This document shows, in pieces, positions 1-8,644 of a DNA stretch of 64,000 nt. A program made the position numbers and the translations under genes. This stretch comes from Clostridia bacterium (GTDB lineage Bacteria > Bacillota > Clostridia > UBA1212). The notes below the pieces were generated by a model that was not told the DNA's origin, searched no databases, and worked only from the letters and a program-made list of their open reading frames with translations. Within the stretch, counting starts at the first letter, position 1. Each line of letters begins with the position of its first letter. The stretch spans positions 578 to 64,577 of the forward strand of contig JAZPZG010000081.1 in assembly GCA_045544575.1 (NCBI GenBank), given 5' to 3'.

Positions 1-738
1 CCCGGCGGTGAGAACATGTACCTTACAAGCGGTTCGGGAACTCCCGGTCAAACCGTTACTATAGGCTGGTTTGCTTCAGGCTTTGACGCAAACATCTTAG
101 GTGTTCAGTTGAATCTTAAGGCCCCTGAGGGTATCACTTTCGTAGGTTATACGCTTGGAACTGTGTCTGGAATAACTGACGGAACAAACTGTGCTACTGA
201 TAAATTCATTGGTATGGCTGATGCAGAGGAGGTTATTGACATTAACGGTAATGTTATGGCAATTACGCTCTTAATCGGAGAGGACGTTGCTCCCGGAACT
301 TATGATTTGATCATCGAAGTTATGATGGCAAGTGACGTAGACCTTAATGAGTTCCATTTCGCTGATGGTGCATCTGCTTCAATTACCGTAGTCAATGCTA
401 CGGCTGCACCTACAACAGCACCTACGACAGCTCCTACAACAGCACCTACGACGGCTCCTACAACGGCGCCCACGGCAGCACCTACAGAGACTCCCACAGA
501 AGCACCTACAGATGCTCCTTCGGATGACTATATGATTGGTGACGTAACAGGCGACGGCAAGGTTAATATGGCAGACGTTGTTGCTATCAGAAGATTCCTT
601 GTTAATCCGAATACCTATCCTTTGAAGGTTGAGGATGCAGGTGACGTAACAGGCGACGGCAAGATTAATATGGCAGACGTTGTTGCCATCAGAAGATATC
701 TTGTCAATGCAGAAACATATCCTCTTAAAAAATCTTAA
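1..738 (+). CDS. Dockerin type I domain-containing protein (5' partial; TAPT-repeat linker followed by duplicated Ca-binding dockerin segments)
   Basis: Frame 1 is open from nt 1, so the gene starts upstream of the window. A (TAPT)n linker sits at about aa 130-160. Two nearly identical 22-aa segments, GDVTGDGKVNMADVVAIRRFLV and GDVTGDGKINMADVVAIRRYLV, form the duplicated F-hand pattern typical of clostridial/ruminococcal type I dockerins. Confidence 0.7.
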   Translation, partial: PGGENMYLTSGSGTPGQTVTIGWFASGFDANILGVQLNLKAPEGITFVGYTLGTVSGITDGTNCATDKFIGMADAEEVIDINGNVMAITLLIGEDVAPGTYDLIIEVMMASDVDLNEFHFADGASASITVVNATAAPTTAPTTAPTTAPTTAPTTAPTAAPTETPTEAPTDAPSDDYMIGDVTGDGKVNMADVVAIRRFLVNPNTYPLKVEDAGDVTGDGKINMADVVAIRRYLVNAETYPLKKS

Positions 739-841
739 TGTTTTAAAATAACCGATTGTTATCGGTTAAAATAAGAGGGATTACCGGACCCCCCGCTTTG
801 GGGCGGGTTTTGGTATATTATAGTACTGAATATTTTTGGGG

Positions 842-870
842 TTGCAAATATGTTGAGCTTGGTGTATAAT
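842..870 (+). promoter_or_regulatory. Sigma-A-type promoter candidate (TTGCAA, 17-nt spacer, TATAAT)
   Basis: -35 TTGCAA at 842-847, a 17-nt spacer, and -10 TATAAT at 865-870. It lies about 70 nt upstream of the RBS AGGAGG and ATG of the 943 gene. Confidence 0.5.
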
Positions 871-942
871 TTCAAGCAGTAAGAGTGATGAGGGTATTTT
901 GCCCTTTACTCAATCATATTTTCTATTTTATAGGAGGAAGAA

Positions 943-1824
943 ATGAAAAAGATTATTTCTTTGATCATAGCTGTTGCTATGATCGCAAGTATGGGCATCG
1001 TTTCATCTCTCGCTACTTTCGGTGCTGATATTTCATATGCACAGGTTGAGGGCGAGGACGGCATCGAGGGTGCTTATGAGGTTACTAAGTATTTTGATGC
1101 TTACACAGATGCAACGGGTTCTTCTGTTGTTTGGCTCAGTTCTGCTGACGCTTCTGTTATTCAGCGTATTGAGCTTAAGGTTCCCGCAGACTTCATCCAG
1201 TTTGGTTGCGGTACACATGCAGATCAGCAGTATAAGAATATTCTCAACGTAGCTATCTACGAGGATACAGGCGATTTGTTTGAGTCTGTTGATGGTGAGC
1301 CTATTGCTTCCGGTGAAGCTGAGGTTGCAAACTCTGCTTGGAGAACAGGTATTGAGCTTGAAGAGAGACTCATGCCCGGCGTTTACGTTCTTGAGCTTTC
1401 TACACCTAACTACAATATGAACTTCTGGATTGCTGCTTCTATGTATGCAGAGGGCATGGCTCCCGAAAGTACATACCATGAGGCTGTTACTACGGGTACT
1501 ATCGCAGGCGGTGCGGATCTTGTTAACTGTGCTGTTGCATACAGAACATACCTTGACAAGAGTGTTCCCGTTGAGACAGAGGCTCCTGAGACAGAAGCTC
1601 CCGTTGAAGAGACAGAGGCTCCTGCTGATGAGACAGAAGCTCCTGCTGATGAGACAGAGGCTCCTGCTGAAGAGACAGAGGCTCCTGCTACAACAGCTCC
1701 CACAACAGCTCCTACACAGGTTCCTGCTGAAGAGGAGTCAGGTTGCGGTTCTGTGATTGCTTCCGGTGCTGCTGTTATGGCAGTTATGGCTGCTGCTGTT
1801 GTATTTCTTAAAAAGAGAAAATAA
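943..1824 (+). CDS. Secreted hypothetical surface protein with ETEAP-repeat stalk and C-terminal GCGS/TM/KKRK anchor signal
   Basis: N-terminal signal peptide MKKIISLIIAVAMIASMGIVSSLATFGA. Tandem 8-aa ETEAPADE repeats encoded by 24-nt DNA repeats at about 1573-1700. The C-terminus is ...EEESGCGSVIASGAAVMAVMAAAVVFLKKRK, i.e. GCGS, then a hydrophobic helix, then a basic tail. Confidence 0.6.
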   Translation: MKKIISLIIAVAMIASMGIVSSLATFGADISYAQVEGEDGIEGAYEVTKYFDAYTDATGSSVVWLSSADASVIQRIELKVPADFIQFGCGTHADQQYKNILNVAIYEDTGDLFESVDGEPIASGEAEVANSAWRTGIELEERLMPGVYVLELSTPNYNMNFWIAASMYAEGMAPESTYHEAVTTGTIAGGADLVNCAVAYRTYLDKSVPVETEAPETEAPVEETEAPADETEAPADETEAPAEETEAPATTAPTTAPTQVPAEEESGCGSVIASGAAVMAVMAAAVVFLKKRK

Positions 1825-1873
1825 TAGCCATGGTCATTAAGGCTGTGTTTAGACAGCTGTGAATTATGAATTT

Positions 1874-1912
1874 AAAGCACTTGCGGCATGTTGCGTGTCG
1901 CAGGTGCTTTTT
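1874..1912 (+). terminator. Rho-independent terminator hairpin (about 12-bp stem plus T-run)
   Basis: AAAGCACTTGCG ... CGCAGGTGCTTT forms an inverted repeat, followed by TTTT. Confidence 0.5.
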
Positions 1913-1933
1913 AGTTGAAAAGTCAAAAATAGT
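1905..1933 (+). promoter_or_regulatory. Sigma-A-type promoter candidate for the Asp23 operon
   Basis: -35 TTGAAA at 1905-1910, a 17-nt spacer, and -10 TAGAAT at 1928-1933. RBS GGGAGGG precedes the ATG at 1994. Confidence 0.5.
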
Positions 1934-1993
1934 ATGTTAGAATATCAAAAAGCGGTTGTGTTGCAAATGTAAGCTTTCGGGAGGGATTGCGTA

Positions 1994-2455
1994 ATGAGCG
2001 GTACGGACAGAGATTTATCAAGTGCGGACGATTTATATGAGGACCGCATTTCTACCGGTTCGCTTGCTGAGCCTGAGTCAGATGATGATGAAATGAATGA
2101 TCTTGCGATAACTGACGAGGTGATTGCAATTGTCGCCGGTGCGGCGGCTATGGAGTTGGAAACTGTTGCGGAAATGAGTACCGGTATTGCAGGAGACATT
2201 GTTGAGGCGCTTGGCAGAAGAAATCCCACTAAGGGTGTTAAGGTTTTAATGAAGGAGGACAGGGCCGTAATTGACTTGTACGTAATAGTGAAGTACGGTC
2301 ACAAGATATCCGACGTTGCCTGGGATATACAGGAGAGAGTTCGGGAGATGGTTGAGAATATGACCGGAGTTGCAGTTGACTCCGTGAATATACACGTTCA
2401 GGGAATTGATTTTTCGTCCTATGAACAGCCTGCAGAGCAGGGTTCTGCACTTTAA
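1994..2455 (+). CDS. Asp23/Gls24 family envelope stress (alkaline shock) protein
   Basis: The core (DEVIAIVAGAAAMELETVAEM...GVKVLMKEDRAVIDLYVIVKYGHKISDVAWDIQERVREMVENMTGVAVDSVNIHVQGID) matches the Asp23 fold. An acidic N-terminal extension is present. Confidence 0.8.
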   Translation: MSGTDRDLSSADDLYEDRISTGSLAEPESDDDEMNDLAITDEVIAIVAGAAAMELETVAEMSTGIAGDIVEALGRRNPTKGVKVLMKEDRAVIDLYVIVKYGHKISDVAWDIQERVREMVENMTGVAVDSVNIHVQGIDFSSYEQPAEQGSAL

Positions 2456-2473
2456 TGTAAAGGTGGTTTTTGT

Positions 2474-3013
2474 GTGAATTTATTTTTCAGAATTTGTGTT
2501 GCGGTGTATTCGTTTGTTTCAATGATTTTGTTTGGAATTATAATGATTGCCCCTTTCGGCGACAAGACTATAATGTCTAAGCTGCTTGACTATATTGAAG
2601 TGAATCTATATCAGTCAAACGCATATGACGTGGTTGTTTTTATTGTCGGCTTGGTGTTTTTCCTTTTAACGTTAACTATTTTAACCTCGGGACTTAGAGG
2701 CAAGCGCTCTGCAAAGTATATTTGCCTTAAAACAGACGAGGGCTTGATACGTATCTCGACAAATTCCATAGAAAACATTGCTCTTGCCATGTCAAAGCGT
2801 TTTCAGGGCGTAAAGGATGCAAAAGCAAAGGTTTTATATAAAAACGACAATGCGGAAATTTCAGTAAAAATACAAGTGTTTACCGACGTTAACGTGCCTG
2901 CTCTTTGCAAAGGAATTCAGGAGAGAGTGAAGGAGTCCGTTGAAAATTCAATGGAAATTAAAGTGAGCGGTGTTACCGTAAGTGTGGACGGCGTTACGCA
3001 GCAGGAAGCATAG
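2474..3013 (+). CDS. amaP: Asp23 membrane-anchor protein AmaP-like
   Basis: GTG start with RBS AAAGGTGG. Two N-terminal transmembrane helices, and the gene sits directly downstream of Asp23 as in the amaP-DUF2273-asp23 operons. Confidence 0.55.
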   Translation: MNLFFRICVAVYSFVSMILFGIIMIAPFGDKTIMSKLLDYIEVNLYQSNAYDVVVFIVGLVFFLLTLTILTSGLRGKRSAKYICLKTDEGLIRISTNSIENIALAMSKRFQGVKDAKAKVLYKNDNAEISVKIQVFTDVNVPALCKGIQERVKESVENSMEIKVSGVTVSVDGVTQQEA

Positions 3014-3028
3014 TGGGAGGGTTCCGTA

Positions 3029-3256
3029 ATGTTAAGACGTTTATATAAGTTTTACCGAAGTCATTATTATTGTGTAAACGGTGCCGCTTTAGGTCTCATA
3101 ATAGGCCTGTCATTGGTTTTTGCGGGAATTATTGAGACTGTTATAATTGCCGCATGTATATTCGCAGGATATTACGTAGGAAAGAAGCTGCAAACAGATA
3201 AAGATTTTGTCAAAAAGCTTCTCGACAAAATTTTACCGCCGGGAACCTATAGATAA
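3029..3256 (+). CDS. DUF2273-like small integral membrane protein
   Basis: 75 aa with two hydrophobic helices. It is the third member of the conserved Asp23 operon. RBS GGGAGGG. Confidence 0.5.
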   Translation: MLRRLYKFYRSHYYCVNGAALGLIIGLSLVFAGIIETVIIAACIFAGYYVGKKLQTDKDFVKKLLDKILPPGTYR

Positions 3257-3330
3257 TAAGGCTCTTTCATCATTGCTTTCAGGCGTTTTTACGATGATTT
3301 CGGATATTGTAAAATTTTTTAAAATACCTA

Positions 3331-3360
3331 TTGCAAAATGGTGATTGAGTGTGATAGAAT
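3331..3360 (+). promoter_or_regulatory. Sigma-A-type promoter candidate for rpmB
   Basis: -35 TTGCAA at 3331-3336, an 18-nt spacer, and -10 TAGAAT at 3355-3360. Confidence 0.45.
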
Positions 3361-3400
3361 ACTACGTGCTGTTTGATAGATTATTAGGGAGGTGTGTTAA

Positions 3401-3604
3401 ATGGCAAAATGCGAAGTTTGTTCCAAGGATATGATGTTTGGTCGTCATATTAGCATTACTCGTTCGCAGGTCAGCAGACGTGCTAAGAGAAATTGGAAAG
3501 TAAATGTTAGACGCGTTAAGATTGTTGATTCCAAGGGTGCGGCAAGATACGCATACGTATGCACTTCTTGTCTCAGATCCGGCAAGGTTACAAGAGCCGT
3601 ATAA
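3401..3604 (+). CDS. rpmB: 50S ribosomal protein L28
   Basis: MAKCEVCSKDMMFGRHISITRSQVSRRAKRNWKVNVRRVKIVDSKGAARYAYVCTSCLRSGKV is a canonical L28 sequence. RBS GGGAGG. Confidence 0.9.
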   Translation: MAKCEVCSKDMMFGRHISITRSQVSRRAKRNWKVNVRRVKIVDSKGAARYAYVCTSCLRSGKVTRAV

Positions 3605-3744
3605 GCCTTCTTTTACTGTTCGATCAGCCGGCTTCCGTTTGGTTGAAAAGTTAAGGCTGCGCACAGCGCGGAATATGGCCGCGGCGGTCGGGTTTTTTGG
3701 CAATGAATCATCAGCCCAAGAGCTGTTGCGATTTTAAACGTTTA

Positions 3745-3796
3745 AAAGCGAGCAGGACAGGTAAGTTTATCTTATCTGTCCTGCTCGCTTTTTATT
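3745..3796. terminator. Bidirectional rho-independent terminator (perfect 16-bp stem)
   Basis: AAAGCGAGCAGGACAG...CTGTCCTGCTCGCTTT with T-runs on both strands. It lies between convergent rpmB (+) and the recG stop (-). Confidence 0.75.
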
Positions 3797-6700
3797 ACAA
3801 ATTAATAAGCTCCGGTGTCTTTCCGACAACATATCTGTAATATTGTTCATACTCATTATTTTCTTCTGATGAAAGAGTAGAGACAATTTCCTTTGCTGCT
3901 GATTGTGCTTCTTTAAGCGTATCAATGTCGTCATAGAGGTTTGCAAGCTTAAAGGTGGGCAGTCCGTGCTGTGCTGTTCCGAACAGTTCTCCGGGTCCTC
4001 TCAATTCAAGGTCTTTTTCGGAAATTTCAAATCCGTCTGTCGTAGAACACAATAGCTTTATTCTCTCCTGTGCGATTTCTGCCTTTGAATCACTTATTAA
4101 AGTGCAGTGTGATTGCTTAGCGCCTCTTCCGACACGTCCGCGTAACTGGTGAAGCTGTGATAGCCCGAATCGCTCTGCGTTTTCAATTACCATTATCGTG
4201 GCATTCGGTACGTCTACGCCAACCTCGATTACAGTCGTAGAAAAGAGTACGGATATTTCCCCTGCAGCAAAACGCCGCATTACAGCTTCCTTTTCTGCGG
4301 GCTTCATTTTGCCGTGAAGCAAGCCCGTTGTGATATCCGAAAATACCGTGCGGGATAATTTTTCATAATTTGAAACGGCTGAAATTGCACCGGGAAGAGA
4401 AGTATCCTCTGAAGCTTCTTCTTTATCCTCTACGAGAGGGTGTACTATATACGCCTGAAATCCGCTGCGTGCATTTGCGGCAACCCAATTGTAGACACGA
4501 TTACGCATCTCGCCCGTAGCAGGGTAGGTTTTTATGGGAAGTCTTCCGGTAGGCAGTGTGTCAAGCGTTGAGATATCAAGGTCTCCGTACAAAATGAGTG
4601 CAAGCGTTCTCGGGATAGGAGTTGCAGTCATTACAAGAATATCGGGAGTTACAGAGCTTAGCTCCGAAAGCATTGCACGCTGGCGAACACCGAAACGGTG
4701 CTGTTCATCGGTAATAACTATTCCTGCCTTGTGAAAACGGACGTCCTTTTGAATAAGTGCGTGAGTTCCGATAATGCAGTCAATTTCTCCTTTTGCAATT
4801 TTATCATGTATTTTGCGTTTGTTTGCAGATGTCAGGGCTCCTGTAAGAAGTCCTACGCGTATCCCGAATGGCTCTAACACTTTTTTGATGTTCCGGGCGT
4901 GCTGTTCAGCCAGAATTTCCGTCGGCGCCATGTATACCGCCTGGTATCCGTTTTTTATTGCCTTGTACATTGCCGCAACTGCAACAATGGTTTTTCCCGA
5001 ACCCACGTCACCTATGACAAGCCGATTCATTATTTTGGGGCTCTCCATGTCACTAAAAATATCGCTGATAACTTTTTGTTGTCCGTCCGTAAGCTTGTAT
5101 GGCAATGAACCGTAAAAATCTGTCATATCGACTTGACTAAAACGTATGCCATTAGATGAGGCACTTATCTCAACACTGCTTTTCATATGGAAGAGCATAA
5201 GCTGTAATTCGATAAGCTCGTCGAAAACAATGCGCTTGTGGGCCTTTTCTGCGGCTTTTTTATCGGAAGGGAAGTGAATGTGCCTTTTTGCAGCTTCCCT
5301 GCCAATTAAGCCGTAGGAGTCTCTGATTTTGAGCGGTATTTCACAGATATGGGCCTTTTTCTCTGCACTTACCTTTGAAAGACTGTCTTCTATTCTGATT
5401 GCGGCAGTTACTGCATCTCGTATTACTGACTGTGTCAATCCCTTTGTCAATGGATATATGGGGAGCAGTCTTTCAAAATTTGCAACTTTTAAAGCATCTG
5501 AAGCGTCTGTAAAAGCAGGGTTTAAAAGCTGTAATTGTTTACCGCCCGAAAAGCCGTCTGCCGATATTCTTCCGTAAAAAAGATAATCGCCGCCTACGTT
5601 TATTACACGCTTTACGTAGTCCTGATTGTAAAACGTTATTTTTATACTTCCCGTTGAGTCTTTTCCCGTAAAGAATGTGGCGGTAAGGCCTCTTCTAAGC
5701 ATTCTTGATGCTTTGCTTGTAATTCGGACAAGTACCGTGGCATCCGTATTCGGGATAAGCTCCGATATTGAGGTGCGTTTACTTCTGTCCTCGTATCTGG
5801 CAGGGTAGAGCTCCAATAAATCTCTGATTTTTTGTACTCCGAGCTTTGCAAAAAGCGCCGCTCTTGCATTTTTTATTCCGGGAAGCGTTGTAATGTCTTC
5901 GTCAAGCGGAGACTTTTTTTGTATGACATCAGTTTTTTTTTCTTCACAAGGCTCTTGATTAACGCTTTCGGAAGAACTTTTAAGCGTGCCTGCAACGACT
6001 CTTTCTATGTTTCCGAAGTCTTTAATTATCTTTATGTCGGTAAAGCCTGACTTTTCGAGAAGCTCGGCTACGTCGCGTGCTTGGTTTATTCCTACTTCAT
6101 ACATGAGAACACCGCCGTCGTTTAAACAGTGCGGGGCGTTTTCGGTAATTATGCGGTATGCGGAAAGGCCGTCGCTTCCGCCGTCAAGTGCGAGGTGCGG
6201 CTCATGGTCTTTTACGTTAACATCAAGCCCCTTTATGTCATCTGTGGGAATATACGGAGGATTTGACACGATAATATCAAACTTCTCACCGGGCTTGACG
6301 CTTTCGAGAAAATTGCCGCAGAGAAAATTGACCTTATCGTAAGAACCAAGTATGTTTTTACAGTTTTCCATAGCAATACTGAGTGCTTCGTGCGAAATAT
6401 CACTGCACGTGACGTCAGCCTCTGAAAGACTGTGCTTTGCGGAAATGCCGATACAGCCGCTTCCGCAACACAAATCAAGGATTTTGGGAGCTTTTTTGAC
6501 TTCTTTAGCTGTTTTTATTAATTCTTCAACAAGAATTTCTGTATCTCCGCGGGGAATTAAAACGGCGGGTGTAACCTTAAATTTAAGACCGTAAAAATCA
6601 GCCGTGCCGAGAATATATTGTATCGGCTCACCCTTGCAAAGTCGTATTACGGCAGAGGTAAATTCAGCAGATTTTTCCTGCACGGCTTCATCGGTATTAT

Positions 6701-6863
6701 CTATAACGAAGTCCGCGTTGGTCATTATAAAAAGACGGGAAACCTCGAAAAAATGCATAAGCAGCATATCGCAAAGCAGCATCGAAGAATCAATGCCGTT
6801 TGATTTCAGCTTACCTATGGTGTTTTTTCTAAGTTCCCCTAAAGTGATGTTATCCATAATCAA
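3795..6863 (-). CDS. recG: In-frame fusion of release-factor glutamine N5-methyltransferase PrmC/HemK (N-terminal) to ATP-dependent DNA helicase RecG (C-terminal)
   Basis: Residues about 1-295 carry the PrmC hallmarks: LDLCCGSGCIG (SAM-binding site), the NPPY motif in IVSNPPYIP, and DGG. From about aa 330 the RecG N-terminus LPGIKNARAALFAKLGVQKIRDLLELYPARYED follows, then the wedge domain, helicase motifs GDVGSGKT and DEQHRFG, and the C-terminal TRG region. No stop codon or internal ATG separates the two parts. Confidence 0.85.
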   Translation of the reverse strand: MIMDNITLGELRKNTIGKLKSNGIDSSMLLCDMLLMHFFEVSRLFIMTNADFVIDNTDEAVQEKSAEFTSAVIRLCKGEPIQYILGTADFYGLKFKVTPAVLIPRGDTEILVEELIKTAKEVKKAPKILDLCCGSGCIGISAKHSLSEADVTCSDISHEALSIAMENCKNILGSYDKVNFLCGNFLESVKPGEKFDIIVSNPPYIPTDDIKGLDVNVKDHEPHLALDGGSDGLSAYRIITENAPHCLNDGGVLMYEVGINQARDVAELLEKSGFTDIKIIKDFGNIERVVAGTLKSSSESVNQEPCEEKKTDVIQKKSPLDEDITTLPGIKNARAALFAKLGVQKIRDLLELYPARYEDRSKRTSISELIPNTDATVLVRITSKASRMLRRGLTATFFTGKDSTGSIKITFYNQDYVKRVINVGGDYLFYGRISADGFSGGKQLQLLNPAFTDASDALKVANFERLLPIYPLTKGLTQSVIRDAVTAAIRIEDSLSKVSAEKKAHICEIPLKIRDSYGLIGREAAKRHIHFPSDKKAAEKAHKRIVFDELIELQLMLFHMKSSVEISASSNGIRFSQVDMTDFYGSLPYKLTDGQQKVISDIFSDMESPKIMNRLVIGDVGSGKTIVAVAAMYKAIKNGYQAVYMAPTEILAEQHARNIKKVLEPFGIRVGLLTGALTSANKRKIHDKIAKGEIDCIIGTHALIQKDVRFHKAGIVITDEQHRFGVRQRAMLSELSSVTPDILVMTATPIPRTLALILYGDLDISTLDTLPTGRLPIKTYPATGEMRNRVYNWVAANARSGFQAYIVHPLVEDKEEASEDTSLPGAISAVSNYEKLSRTVFSDITTGLLHGKMKPAEKEAVMRRFAAGEISVLFSTTVIEVGVDVPNATIMVIENAERFGLSQLHQLRGRVGRGAKQSHCTLISDSKAEIAQERIKLLCSTTDGFEISEKDLELRGPGELFGTAQHGLPTFKLANLYDDIDTLKEAQSAAKEIVSTLSSEENNEYEQYYRYVVGKTPELINL

Positions 6864-6871
6864 TTTAAATT

Positions 6872-7933
6872 TCAGTTTTCACTTTCAATTGCAGTCTCAG
6901 ACTCTGTCGCTGCCTCTGTTTCGGCTTCGGTCTGCTTTGCACCGTAGTCAGGTGCCTCGTCAAGAGAAAGTGCTTCGTTAAGAGCGGTGATTGCAACCTC
7001 TATCATGTCGTCCGTAGGCTCTTTGGTGGTAAATCTTTGCATAGCCATTCCGGGCGCGCGCAGGATGTCTACGAATTTGTTTTCATGCCTGCTTGCAAAG
7101 CGGTTAAATTCGTAAGCAATTCCGGCAATTACGGGAAGCGTTACGAGTCTCATTAAAATGTTAAGCCACACACCGAGGTCGGGGAGCAGACAATGAACAA
7201 GTATGCTGATAATCATTACCACGAAAAGAAACGCCGTTCCGCAACGGGGATGGTGCTTCGAGTATTTACGCACGTTCTCCACCGTAAGCTCGTCAAAGTG
7301 CTCGTAGCAATGTATAGTTTTATGTTCTGCACCATGATACATGAATACACGCTTGATATCCTTCATCTGTGAAACTGCAAGCATATAGAGCAGAAATATG
7401 GTGAAACGCGAAATTCCCTCAACGGTATTAAACGCCACGGTATTCATCGTGATATGAAAGAGTCCGAGTAATGCTTTTATACCGGAAGAAATTAACTGCG
7501 GGAGAATAAAGAAAAGTGTAACGGAGAGCACCACTGCAAGTACAAGTGATATTCCCATGAAAAACTTCATAGCCTTTTCTCCCAGGTGCTTTTCTATCCA
7601 CAAATCAAATTTCGTGGGTGTATATGCAGGGTCGTCTTCCGTTGCGCTTATCTCGGCTGAATTAAATAAAGCCTTTGTACCGACTATAAGAGAGTCTAAG
7701 AGCCTTACTGTACCTCTTACCATCGGAAGCTCTAAAAACCAATTTCCGGAGCCGAGAGCTGCTTGTCTTTTCTTTTCTATGGAAAGCTCGCCGGAAGGAG
7801 TTCTTACTACCTGTGCATAGCCGTTGGGCGCGCGCATCATGATTCCCTCAAGCAGTGCCTCTCCGCCTACGCTGCAAACTCTCTGCTTCTCGCAAGCCTG
7901 TTTTTTTTCGTTGTTCTTTCGTGTCATAAACAA
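6872..7933 (-). CDS. DUF1385 (YqhQ-like) membrane protein with acidic C-terminal tail
   Basis: The N-terminal VGGEALLEGIMMRAPNG motif matches DUF1385. Several transmembrane helices. C-terminal TEAETEAATESETAIESEN tail. Confidence 0.55.
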   Translation of the reverse strand: MFMTRKNNEKKQACEKQRVCSVGGEALLEGIMMRAPNGYAQVVRTPSGELSIEKKRQAALGSGNWFLELPMVRGTVRLLDSLIVGTKALFNSAEISATEDDPAYTPTKFDLWIEKHLGEKAMKFFMGISLVLAVVLSVTLFFILPQLISSGIKALLGLFHITMNTVAFNTVEGISRFTIFLLYMLAVSQMKDIKRVFMYHGAEHKTIHCYEHFDELTVENVRKYSKHHPRCGTAFLFVVMIISILVHCLLPDLGVWLNILMRLVTLPVIAGIAYEFNRFASRHENKFVDILRAPGMAMQRFTTKEPTDDMIEVAITALNEALSLDEAPDYGAKQTEAETEAATESETAIESEN

Positions 7934-8052
7934 TCAAATCCTTTCAATAATAGAGTATATAACTAATCGTAAAAATTCGCAAGAGGTTTAATTGGGAAGC
8001 AAACTTTTTGATTCGGAGTTCTTATAAAGCACAAAAAAATTTTTTTGGGATA

Positions 8053-8081
8053 TTGACTAAGAATTTTGTATGTTGTATAAT
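8053..8081 (+). promoter_or_regulatory. Sigma-A-type promoter (TTGACT, 17-nt spacer, TATAAT) for rpsU
   Basis: Near-consensus -35 and -10 hexamers with a 17-nt spacer, about 220 nt upstream of the rpsU start codon. Confidence 0.6.
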
Positions 8082-8301
8082 TATCTACGTTGTCGCATGT
8101 TTCGGTTTTATTTTATCGCATAGTGCGGCAAGCCCAAATAGTAAGTAGTAGCAGCCATGCTATTATTTCGGTTGCAGGCATACTTTTGTGTTTACGGAGG
8201 ATGTCGCAGCATAATATTGATTGATGCATGGAGGCGTGCAGCTAGGCAGTCACATAATGGCTAAGCGGTTGCAGGTACTACCGTTGGAGGGAGGGATAAG
8301 A

Positions 8302-8475
8302 GTGTCAGAGATCAGAATCAAGGAAAATGAATCCTTAGACAGCGCGCTTAAGAGATTCAAAAGATCTTGTGCAAAGTCAGGTGTTCTTGCCGAGGTAAGA
8401 AAAAGAGAACACTACGAAAAGCCCAGCGTAAAGAGAAAAAAGAAGTCTGAGGCAGCCAGAAAGCGCAAGTATTGA
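8302..8475 (+). CDS. rpsU: 30S ribosomal protein S21
   Basis: [57 protein letters not shown] is a canonical S21 sequence. GTG start at 8302 is preceded by GGAGGGAGGG. The upstream ATG at 8221 would add a non-homologous extension, so I prefer the GTG start. Confidence 0.9.
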   Translation: MSEIRIKENESLDSALKRFKRSCAKSGVLAEVRKREHYEKPSVKRKKKSEAARKRKY

Positions 8476-8558
8476 TGACACGATTGTGTTATATGAGCTC
8501 CGCAGATTGTATAAATGTGTGCGGAATGCTTGAATTGCTTATTTGAGCGAAGGATAAG

Positions 8559-8589
8559 GAGACCTGATTATGTCAGGTCTTTTTGTTTT
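8559..8589 (+). terminator. Rho-independent terminator of rpsU
   Basis: AGACCTGA / TCAGGTCT 8-bp stem with a TTATG loop, followed by TTTTGTTTT. Confidence 0.7.
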
Positions 8590-8644
8590 AAAAAGTAAAC
8601 TATTTTCGGTAATTATTTCAGTAAAATAATAAGATAACAGGGTC

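Noticed and set aside
1573-1700. Tandem direct repeats that could be mistaken for a CRISPR array
   Set aside because: The repeats are contiguous 24-nt units with no spacers. They lie in frame inside a coding sequence and encode a peptide repeat. No cas genes are present.
1410-1756. Long ORFs on both strands (97 aa and 108 aa) inside the 943..1824 gene
   Set aside because: They are low-complexity translations (ASVSS..., RQRLLLMRQ...) of the 24-nt tandem ETEAPADE-coding repeats read in other frames, not real genes.
3955-6342. Multiple 60-120-aa ORFs on the + strand inside recG
   Set aside because: They are antisense to a highly conserved helicase coding sequence, have no RBS or start context, and show random-looking composition. 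Treated as frame artefacts.
8221-8301. ATG at 8221 as the start of a longer S21
   Set aside because: The 27 extra residues have no similarity to S21. The GTG at 8302 has a strong SD (GGAGGGAGGG) and gives the canonical S21 N-terminus SEIRIKENE.
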